Shown here in pieces: positions 13,101 to 25,100 of a stretch of DNA of 64,000 nucleotides. Within the stretch, counting starts at the first letter, position 1. Each line of letters starts with the position of its first letter. The position numbers were made by a program, and so were the translations under genes. Below the pieces are notes generated by a model. That model was not told where the DNA came from, made no database searches, and saw nothing but the letters and a program-made list of their open reading frames with translations. The stretch is from Mizuhopecten yessoensis (lineage: Eukaryota), in the NCBI RefSeq assembly GCF_002113885.1, contig NW_018480057.1:301208-365207 (forward strand), written 5' to 3'.

Positions 13101-16100
13101 TTGAACTGCCTATTCTACACTTCACTGATGTTGCTTTAACTTGATATCCAGAAAATATTTTAAATAATTTAAAAAAAAAAAAATCTCACAAGAGAAGAAG
13201 CTTCATGCCAGGAAAGTTCTTTAAGTTTATGAATTTATTTATTGCTATATTTTCTATATACTGCACACCTTAAAAAACAGCTTTGTAAATGGCACCTTTT
13301 AGCTTTATCATTGTCGCTATATATAAAACCATTAACTGAGGTTGCTTAGGTTAAAGATTTTGAAGAGTACTTATATACACCATCTTAAAGGTTAACCGTG
13401 ATACCTTTTTCTTTTTGAAATTTCGAGCCTTTTTATAAGTGTGATACACAGCAACTGAAGTGAAGAAACTGTCTCAGTTATGACTACCTTGATCAGGTAC
13501 ACAGCTATTGACGTGTAGAAACTGTCTAAGTTATTACTACCTTGATCAAGTACACAGCTATTGACCTGTAGAAACTGTCTAAGTAATGACTACCTTGATC
13601 AGGTACACAGCCACTGAAGTGTAGAAACTGTCTCAGTAATTAATACCTTGATCAGGTACACAGCCACTGAAGTGTATAAACTGTCTAAGTTATGACTACC
13701 TTGATCAAGTACACAGCTATTGACTTGTAGAAACTGTCTAAGTAATGACTGCCTTGATCAGGTACACAGCCACTGAAGTGTAGAAACTGTCTAAGTTATG
13801 ACTACCTTGATCAGGTACACAGCTATTGATGTGTAGAAACTGTCTCAGTAATGACGACCTTGATCAGGTACACAGCTAATGACGTGTAGAAACTGTCTAA
13901 GTTATGACTACCTTGATCAGGTACACAGCTATTGACGTGTAGAAACTGTCTAAGTAATGACTACCTTGATCAGGTACACAGCCACTGAAGTGTAGAAACT
14001 CGCTAAGAAATGACTACCTTGATCAGGTACACAGCCACTGAAGTGTAGAAACTGTCTAAGTTATGACTACCTTGATCAAGTACACAGCTATTGACGTGTA
14101 GAAACTGTCTAAGTAATGACTACCTTGATCAGGTACACAGCCACTGCAGTGTAGAAACTTTCTAAGTTATGACTACCTTGATCAGGTACACAGCTATTGA
14201 CGTGTAGAAACTGTCTCAGTAATGACGACCTTGATCAGGTACACAGCTATTGACGTGTAGAAACTGTCTAAGTTATGACTTCCTTGATCAGGTACACAGC
14301 TATTGACGTGTAGAAACTGTCTAAGTTATGGCTACCTTGATCAGGTACACAGCCACTGAAGTGTAGAAACTCGCTAAGAAATGACTACCTTGATCAGGTA
14401 CACAGCTATTGAAGTGTAGAAACTGTCTCAGTAATGACGACCTTGATCAGGTACACAGCTATTGACGTGTAGAAACTGTCTCACTAATGACGACCTTGAT
14501 CAGGTACACAGCTATTGACGTGTAGAAACTGTCTAAGTTATGACTACCTTGATCAGGTACACAGCTTTTGACGTGTAGAAACTGTCTCAGTAATGACGAC
14601 CTTGATCAGGTACACGTCAATAGCTGTGTAGAAACTGTCTAAGTTATGACTACCTTGAGCAGGTACACAGCCACTGAAGTGTAGAAACTCTCTAAGTAAT
14701 GACTACCTTGATCAGGTACACAGCCACTGAAGTGTAGAAACTCTCTAAGTAATGACTACCTTGATCAGGTACACAGCTATTGAAGTGTAGAAACTGTCTA
14801 AGTAATTACTACCTTGATCAGGTACACAGCTACTGAAGTGTAGAAACCGTCTAAGTAATGACTACCTTGATCAGGTACACAGCCACTGAAGTGAATAAAC
14901 TGTCTCAGTAATGACTACCTTGATCAGGATCACAGCCACTGAAGTGAAGAAACTGTCTCAGTAATGTCTTCCTTGATCAGGTACACAGCCACTGACGTGT
15001 AGAAACTTTCTAAATAATGACTACCTTGATCAGGTACACAGCTACTGAAGTGTAGAAACCGTCTAAGTAACGACTACCTTGATCAGGTACACAGCCACTG
15101 CAGTGTAGAAACTTTCTAAGTTATGACTACCTTGATCAGGTACACAGCTACTGAAGTGTAGAAACTGTCTAAGTAATGACTGCCTTGATCAGGTACACAG
15201 CCACTGACGTGTAGAAACTGTCTCAGTAAGGACTACCTTGATCAGGTACACAGCCACTTAAGTGTAGAGACTCTCTAAGAAATGACTACCTTGATCAGGT
15301 ACACAGCCATTGAAGTGTAGAAACTCTCTAAGTAATGACTACCTTGATCAGGTACGCAGCCACTGAAGTGTAGAAACTCTCTAAGAAATGACTACCTTGA
15401 TCAGGTACACAGCCATTGAAGTGTAGAAACTCTCTAAGTAATGACTACCTTGATCAGGTATACAGCTATTGACTTGTAGAAGCTGTCTAAGTAATGACTA
15501 CCTGGATCAGGTACACAGCCACTGAAGTGAAGAAACTGTCTCAGTAATGCCTTCCTTGATCAGGTACACAGCCACTGACGTGTAGAAACTGTCTAAGTAA
15601 TTACTACCTTGATCAGGTACACAGCCACTGAAGTGAAGAAACTGTCTCAGTAATGACTACCTTGATCAGGTTCACAGCCACTGAAGTGAAGAAACTGTCT
15701 CAGTAATGACTTCCTTGATCAGGTACACAGCCACTGACGTGTAGAAACTGTCTCAGTAATGACACTGTCTCAGTTATGACTACCTTGATCAGGTACACAG
15801 CTATTGAAGTGTAGAAACCGTCTAAATAATGACTACCTTGACCAGGTACACAGCCACTGAAGTGTAGAAACTGTCTCAGTAATGACTACCTTGATTAGGT
15901 ACACAGCCACTAAAGTGTAGAAACTGTCTCAGTAATGACTACCTTGATCAGGTACCCAGCTATTGAAGTGTAGAAACCGTCTAAATAATGACTACCTTGA
16001 CCAGGTACACAGCCACTGAAGTGTAGAAACTGTCTAAGTAATGACTACCTTGATTAGGTACACAGCTATTGAAGTGTAGAAAGCGTCTAAATAATGACTA

Positions 16101-19100
16101 CCTTGACCAGGTACACAGCCACTGAAGTGTAGAAACTCTCTAAGAAATGACTACCTTGATCAGGTACACAGCCACTGAAGTGTAGAAACTGTCTAAGTAA
16201 TGACTACCTTGATCAGGTACACAGCTATTGACATGTAGAAACTTTCTAAGTTATGACTACCTTGATCAGGTACACAGCTATTTATGTGTAGAAACTTTCT
16301 AAGTAATGACTACCTCGATCAGGTACACAGCCACTGACGTGTAGAAACTGTCTGAATAATTACTACCCTGATCAGGTACACAGCCACTGAAGTGTAGAAA
16401 CTGTCTAAATAATTACTACCTTGATCAGGTACACAGCCACTGACGTGGAGAAACTGTCTGAATAATTACTACCTTGATCAGGTACACAGCCACTGAAGTG
16501 TAGAAACTTTCTAAATAATGACTACCTTGATCAGGTACACAGCTATTGATGTGTAGAAACTTTCTAAGTAATGACTACCTTGATCAGGTACACAGCCACT
16601 GACGTGTAGAAACTGTCTAAATAATGACTACCTTGATCAGGTACACAGCCACTGAAGTGTAGAAACTGTCTAAATAATTACTACCTTGATCAGGTACACA
16701 GCCACTGAAATGTAGAAATTACCAGGAGGTTAAGGTACAGGAGCAGGTCCAGAAACTGGCGATGGGCACCATCCCCCGATCCATGTGGATTGCACTGGAG
16801 GACGACCTGGTGGACGTCTGTAAGGCAGGGGACGATGTCATCATCTGGTATGTTTAAAAATATGTCTGCAGTGTCTTGAATGCAAAAACCACCTGTTTAA
16901 CTGTTCATTCAGTGAAATATCTGACAGTAGTATTTGGCATGTGTTAATTACGTTTCCATTCACATTTGAACACAGAGGTCATGGAAAAAACAGAAACAAT
17001 TCCATTGTGTTGATGACCCTTCTGGTGGCAGGGACACTTCTTCAAAACTCTAAATTTGTTTTATATTCAACAAATGTTTTATGCCCCAACCCCTTCCATA
17101 AGTATGAGAGCATTCTCAGACCCGATACCATTTATTTGAAGTGTCTGACCCTTGTCCAAAGAACTGGTTATTTACAAAGAATACCTGATGTGCTGGGCTC
17201 TCAGAAAAAAAGAATTGTCTATACAAGATTTATAAAAGCTGGTTATGGTGTATTACTTGATCTATGACATTTGTTGAATAATATGTTTTTTTTATAAACT
17301 CTACATTGGGTACATTTCAAATTATATTGAAAATATTAATATTGAGGTTTGAATGGAAATTGTTTTTGCTGAGGCTGATATTGGACTGTATCTGACTTTC
17401 TCAGTGGAACAGTGCTAAGACGATGGAGATCTGTGTCTGTTGATGCCCGCTGTGAAATAGAGGTTGTGATGAAGGCAAACCATGTCTTAGTGACCAACAA
17501 ACAGAGGAACGCAGTGCTGGTCACGCAGGAGCTGGTGAGTCTAGATCACAGAATCTTGACCAGTGTGTTTGTTGTTGTTACGTAATTGATACACTTGGAG
17601 CACAGTACTGGTCACTCACAACAACTTTGTGGGTCACTCCAGATTGGTCACTCTCCACAGTACTAGTAAGTCACTTACGACTACAGTACTGATCACTGAG
17701 AACAGCTTTGCTGGTCACTTTGGACTGGCCACTCAACACAGTACTGGTCAGCCAGCACAGCAGTGTTGGTCACTCAGGGCAATGATATTGGTCAGGATAA
17801 AGCACTTATTACCCTTGACCACAGAACTGGTCATTCACAAAAAAATACTAGCCACTTTGAATAACAGTACTGGATAAAAAAAAGTAGATCTATGACATTT
17901 GTTGAAAATATATGAAAATGTTTTTTTTTCATAATCCCTACCATTTAGTACATTGGTTTTCAATTTTACAGAAGAATGAGATTGCCAGTTTTTGGGAGGA
18001 GCACAAAACTTGTCCACTGAAAGGTCGTAACAAGATTCTGGCCAGTCTGTGTCCTCAGGTGTATGGGTTGTATGTGGTCAAGCTGGCAGTGGCAGTGGTG
18101 TTGGCTGGAGGGGTACAGGTCAGTATAGATATTAATGGATGGTCAGCAATGTCCATTAAGGGTTATGCTACCTTATTAAAGACATGCACCTCCTTTACCA
18201 AAAGAGTTCAGCATTTAGGTTAACTTTGGTCAGATGTCCATCATGAAAGATAATACTAACTGATGATCTTTTGAAAATAGACAACATTAACACTCATATT
18301 TAATTTAACAAATTTAAAGAGAGAAAACTCAAATACAGAATCTCATATATATCATGTGGAAGGTTATCCTATAGCCTTAAATCTAACCCAAATCATCGGT
18401 ATAATGTTAAGTCATGTGGTAACATATAATTCTGTGCATGGAAATTTTCAACGCAAAATGTAGAGCATGGATGTGATAACTCTACAATGTACAAGTATTG
18501 ACTTAGAGGACATAAACATACCATGTTTCTACAGTAATTTCCAAGTGATTAAATAAGATGTTGCTCTAGTATTTTCACTGTCAATGTGTTGATATTTTCT
18601 AGACCTGTTGTTTTTGATATTTGTATATTTTACAGCGGATTGACGAGTCTGGAACTCGTGTGAGAGGAGAAATACACATGCTAATGGTAGGGGACCCAGG
18701 TAAGTGTATATGAATTGCAATTTATCAAGCAAGTCGTGAGATAATAAGGAAGGTGGCAAATGGAACAGGGGGCTTTATATTGAGGCTTTAGTGTAAACCA
18801 TAATCCAATAAAAAGTGCACAATACATTGCGATTCATAGGAAACAAAGACCTTCACTTCTGGGTCAAAAGTCAAATAAATGCAAAATTTAAAGCGAAATC
18901 TTATCTGGGTTGTAAATTTTAAACCATTTAAAAATATTTTTATGAGAATTGAATTATATCTGTATCACCCACAGAAGGTGTTCAATGTTCAGCTCTAGGT
19001 CAAAGGTTAAATAAGTGTAAAATTACGCATATTGTACTTTTGACCTAATACTAAAAGTTCTTTATCATTATAGACATTCCTCCTATTGTGATGAAGAATA

Positions 19101-22100
19101 AAGTTCTGTGCGAAAAGCCAATGTTTTGGTAGTATACTGATTTTAACACCTTGCTAATCATTGCTTTGGACTGCTTGGAATTATTAGTTGAAATTTTGTT
19201 ATCCAAGGTCTGTAATTAATATTTGACATATAAAGTATCTCTCGGTAGAATTTTAGAATCTATGGTGTTGGGGGTACTTAAAACTTTTTTTTCAAATGAT
19301 AGAAAATAACTTTATACAAGTATTTGGAATACAACTATCTAGAAAGAATTTGTGTTTCATGGGTTCTGGACCCCTATTTATAGAAAGATCATGACTAGCA
19401 AGGGCATTAAACATCCTAAACATAGTCTTGGTTTCTTTTCTTGAAAATGTTTTGTCCTGAATAAAAAGGTTACCTTGTTACATTCAGTAAGTATTGTGTT
19501 TTAATGTTTATGTTTTGTTGACTCAATAATAACAGGTACTGGAAAATCACAGTTCATGAAGTACGCAACAAAAATTACACCTCGGTCTGTACTGACAACA
19601 GGAATTGGGAGTACAAGTGCAGGTCTGACTGTCACAGCGGTCAAGGTAGAGTAACTGTACTGACGACAAGTATAGGGGAGTACTAGTGCAGGTATGACTG
19701 TCACAGCAGTCAAGGTAGAGTAACTGTACTTACCACAAGTATAGGGGAGTACTAGTGATCTCACTGTCACAGTGGTCAAGGTAGAGTAACTGTACTTACC
19801 ACAAGTATAGGGGTGTCCTAGTGATCTCTCTGTCACAGCAGTCAAGGTAGAGTAACTATGCTGACCACAAGTATAGGGGTGTCCTAGTGATCTCACTGTC
19901 ACAGCGGTCATGGTAGAGTAACTGTACTGACCACAAGTGTAGGGGTGGCCTAGTGCTCTCACTGTCACAGCGGTTAAGGTAGAGTAACTATACTGACTAC
20001 AAGTATAGGGAGTACTAGTGCAGGTCTCACTGTCATAGCAGTCAAGGTAGAGTAACTGTACTTACCACAAGTATAGGGGTGTCCTAGTGATCTCTCTGTC
20101 ACAGCAGTCAAGGTAGAGTAACTATGCTGACCACAAGTATAGGGGTGTCCTAGTGATCTCTCTGTCACAGCAGTCAAGGTAGAGTAACTGTACTGACCAC
20201 AAGTATAGGGGAGTACTAGTGCAGGTCTCACTGTCATAGCAGTCAAGGTAGAGTAACTGTACTGACCACAAGTATAGGGGAGTACTATTGCAGGTCTCAC
20301 TGTCATAGCAGTCAAGGTAGAGTAACTGTAATGACCACAAGTATAGGGGAGTACTAGTGCAGGTCTCACTGTCATAGCAGTCAAGGTAGAGTAACTGTAA
20401 TGACCACAAGTATAGGGGAGTACTAGTGCAGGTCTCACTGTCACAGCGGTCAAGGTAGAGTAACTGTACTGACCACAAGTATAGGAAGTACTAGTGCAGG
20501 TCTCACCGTCACAGCGGTCAAGGTAGAGTAACTGTACTGACTACAAGTATAGGGAGTACTAGTGCAGGTCTGACTGTCACAGCAGTCAAGGTAGAGTAAC
20601 TATACTGACCACAAGTATAGGGGAGTACTAGTGCAGGTCTGACTGTCATAGCAGTCAAGGTAGAGTAACTGTACTGACCACAAGTATAGGGGAGTATTAG
20701 TGCAGGTCTGACTGTCACAGCAGTCAAGGTAGAGTAACTTTACTGACCACAAGTATAGGGGAGTACTAGTGCAGGGCTCACTGTCACAGCGGTCAAGGTA
20801 GAGTAACCGTACTGACAATAAGTATAGGGAGTACTAGTGCAGGTCTCACTGTCAAAGTGGTCAAGGTAGTGTAACTGTACTGACCACAAGTATAGGGAGT
20901 TCTAGTGATCTCACTGTCACAGTGGTCAAGGTAGAGTAACTGTACTGACAATAAGTATAGGGAGTACTAGTGCAGGTCTCACTGTCAAAGTGGTCAAGGT
21001 AGTGTAACTGTACTGACCACAAGTATAGGGAGTTCTAGTGATCTCACTGTCACAGTGGTCAAGGTAGAGTAACAGTACTGACCACAAGTATAGGGAGTAC
21101 TAGTGATCTCACTGTCACAGTGGTCAAGGTAGAGTAACAGTACTGACCACAAGTATAGGGAGTACTAGTGCAGGTCTCACTGTCACAGTGGTCAAGGTAG
21201 TGTAACTGTACTGACCACAAGTATAGGGAGTGCTAGTGATCTCACTGTCACAGTGGTCAAGGTAGAGTAACAGTACTGACCACAAGTATAGGGGAGTACT
21301 AGTGCAGGTCTCACTGTCACAGCGGTCAAGGTAGAGTAACTATACTGACCACAAGTATAGGGAGTACTAGTGCAGGTCTCACTGTCACAGCGGTCAAGGT
21401 AGAGTAACTATACTGACCACAAGTATAGGGGTGTCCTAGTGATCTCACTGTCACAGTGGTCAAAGTAGAGTACCTGTACTGACCACAAGTATAGGGAGTA
21501 CTAGTGCAGGTCTCACTGTCACAGCGGTCAAAGTAGAGTAACTATACTGTCCACAAGTATAGGGGTGTCCTAGTGATCTCACTGTCACAGCAGTCAAGGT
21601 AGAGTACCTGTACTGACCACAAGTATAGGGAGTGCTAGTGCAGGTCTTGCTGTCACAGCAGTCACGGTAGTGTACCTGTGGTCAGTAACAGTATTGACCA
21701 TAGTTATAGGGTGTTATGGTGGTAAGTACTGTCACAGTGGTCAAGTTAGAATCGGTGTCCTAGTGATCTCACTGTCACAGCGGTCAAGGTAGAGTAACTG
21801 TACTGACCACAAGTATAGGGAGTGCTAGTGCAGGTCTTGCTGTCACAGCAGTCAAGGTAGTGTACCTGTGGTCAGTAACAGTATTGACCATAGTTATAGG
21901 GTGTTATGGTGGTAAGTACTGTCACAGTGGTCAAGTTAGAATCACAAAATTGACCAATGGTCAAGGTATAATGCATTGTTGAGATAAAATGTCATATTAG
22001 CTAGAGATTGTTTTACAGACCTAGATAGAACATTTATTTTGTTTATGAGGATTGTATCTTGTAAAGAATGAATAGCATTTTGGTCTGAATTTAATCAATT

Positions 22101-25100
22101 CTCGATTTAATAAACATAATCTAATACCTGTTGTTTATCATAATTGATTTATCTCAGTTCAAGAAAATCCCAATGCATATCACCCAGCGGCAGACAGATC
22201 AATCATTTGCAATCAACAATAAGTGCTTTATCATTTTTTGTCACCATCCTTGATACTCCAGGGGTTGAAGGCACAAAGATAGCAGTTTGATTGGTTTCAG
22301 GTAACAAAAACCTGACCAATCGCTAAGCTGATACCTGTCCTTTGAAGATTACAGAGGGGTGACATCCAACTTCAAAGCTAGTCAATTTTTACCGTTACAC
22401 AGCCGCGAGATTCGTTTGATGTACATCAAAGAATCGTACTAGTCTTCTTGTCTCATCTACAAGGTGGCGCACACCGAGCCTTCAATTTTGCTATGACATA
22501 CTGGAATATGGAGGATGTGATGAATCAAGAGGTTTTATTTAATTCTACTTGAGCAAAAGAGTTCCAACCTGTTCTCAGTGCATTTATTGCAGTCACTACA
22601 GTGACCTGTCTTTACGTTAGTTATCCTGGTTTATCCAAATCAGGAAAAAGAAATTTGATTTTTGAAAGTTTATTCATTTGTTTTCAATTTTCAAAGTGTT
22701 CATTTGTTTTTTACAGATTAAATTAATGATAATCAGTAATTTCACAAGTGTTTAAACAAAAGGAAAAAAATACTATATGATGTATGTTTATTGCAGGACG
22801 GTGGGGAGTGGCAGCTGGAGGCAGGAGCCTTGGTGCTGGCTGATGGCGGGCTTTGTTGTATTGATGAGTTTAACAGTATCAGGGAACACGACAAGGCTAG
22901 CATCCATGAGGCTATGGAACAACAGACCATCAGTGTAGCCAAGGTCAGGGTCATAGTCAATCTAACCTTTATCTGTGGTCAAGGTCAGGTTCAAAGTAAA
23001 TCTAACTTCTAACCTTTATCCATGATCAAGGTCAGGGTTATAGTCAATCTAATCTTTATCTGTGGTCAAGGTCAGGTTCAAAGTAAATATAACCTCTAAC
23101 CTTTATCCATGATCAAGGTCAGGGTCATAGTCAATTTAATCTTTATGTGTGACCAAGGTCAGGTTCAAAGTAAATCTAACCTCTATCTGGATCTGGGGTC
23201 AAGGTCTTATGTAACCTTTATATGTAGCCAATGTCAGCATCTCAGGCAATGTAATGGCAATGGAACATTTTGCCAGGGTCATTGTCAAGGTCGTTGACTT
23301 GAACTTTTAACCTCAAAGTCAGGGTCATAGGCAACACAATGTTTAGCCAGAGTCCATTCCAATTCTTTACTCGTACAAGTTTTTACAACTTATGGCATAA
23401 GGTCAGGGTCAAAGGCATAAGGTCAGGGTCAAAGGCATAAGGTCAGGGTCAAAGGCATTGTTACTTCTCACTTGACACAATGATTTTCATCCCTTTACTG
23501 AAGCCAACGGCACAGTCAGAGGCAAGTTTACATTTTCCTGAAGTCAGTGATAAGGCCTATATTATGTAAGCTTTAGTTTTCCTGATTTTACTGATATTGC
23601 AGCCTTTAACTTTATGTAAACCAAAGTCTGGTTCTTTGTGATAGTATCTTGTATCTTGAATGTTACATAAATTTACCAAAGACATTCTCAATTGCAGTAA
23701 ATGAAAGCCATTCATCATTAATGAACACGAACATTGAAATATCACATATTTCATATCATATATATATATATATCATGTATTTGGAATCTAATCTTTGCAG
23801 CATATATACTTGGGTATTGTTATGTGGCTTCACAGAGCCTGATCAAATAGTTACATAGACCTTCATTTAGTTATGTCGACATACAAGGTCCTGATAGTTT
23901 GTTAACTTGTCCGTTATGATAATCCTTGACAAAAGTCATATAATTTTACCACTTTATCTACGATTGTGGTTAGGGTCATTTATTTGACAGCCTTCCTGTC
24001 CTTTATGATAATCCTTGACAAAAGTCATATAATTTTACCACTTTATCTACGATCGTGGTCAGGGTCATTTATTTGACATCCTCCCACATTGTTGGAGTTG
24101 AATTTCATTCAGTTCACTTAATTTTTTTCTGTATGATAACTTTAATCGCAGGCCGGAATGGTGTGTAAACTGGACACCAGAACAACAATACTAGCGGCCA
24201 CCAACCCCAAGGGACATTACGACCCAAACGAGGTAACTACAGCTATCTGCTACTGATGTGTACTTAAAGAACTCTAATTCATATAATTCCTGTGATATGC
24301 TTAGTTTGAAACTTTTATTCCTTCAGTCTAAATAAAAAAGTAAAGTTTAATTATTCCCTGATCTGAACAGAGTTATGTCCCTTTGTTTATTTTTTGATAC
24401 TGAAGTTTTGTCTGAAGGCGTGGAACTATGGATTTCTTGCAATTTTTTTCTAATATGACTTTATAAGGCTTCTTTGTATTTTCCAAGTACACCTTAAAAA
24501 TAAAATGAGGTAAAACGGCATGGCAACTCCTTTTGTATACAATCTCAATAGCTGACTGTTCGGCGTATAGGATTGTTTGTGTGTAAAGTTAAACTTTGAT
24601 ATTACATATTTCCAAACTGATATATATCAGCCACACTCTTTTTCACACCAAGATCACAGAACAAGCAGAGGGAATATTTTGATATTTTTCACGAGTGTCT
24701 ATAATCAGTTTACCATTTTATTGTAAAACCTCATATTTCAGTTGTAAAAAAGTTACATTATTTTCCTAATTGAGAAAGCACCTGTCTTGTGTTGACAGTC
24801 ACTGTGTGTGAATGTAGCTCTAGCCAGTCCACTCCTGAGTCGATTTGACCTTGTCCTTGTCCTTCTGGACACTCAGAATGAGGACTGGGATAGGGTCGTG
24901 TCCAGCTTCATCCTTGAAAACAAAGACCCACTCGGTAAGTGGTTAAAGCAGAGGTATGCCATGTAACTGTCAGACCATGATAGATAAGATACTGGTAAGT
25001 TATTGGTTTTGATATACACAGACTCACTCAATCAATATTTATGGCGTCATCATCTGTGCAAACTTTAATCTTCCTTAAAGTTTCTACCCATACCTTCAGT

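Noticed and set aside
19501-20818. Minus-strand repetitive ORFs ([18 protein letters not shown]...)
   Set aside because: Antisense read-through of the exon-11-derived repeat; frames break wherever unit length is not a multiple of 3.
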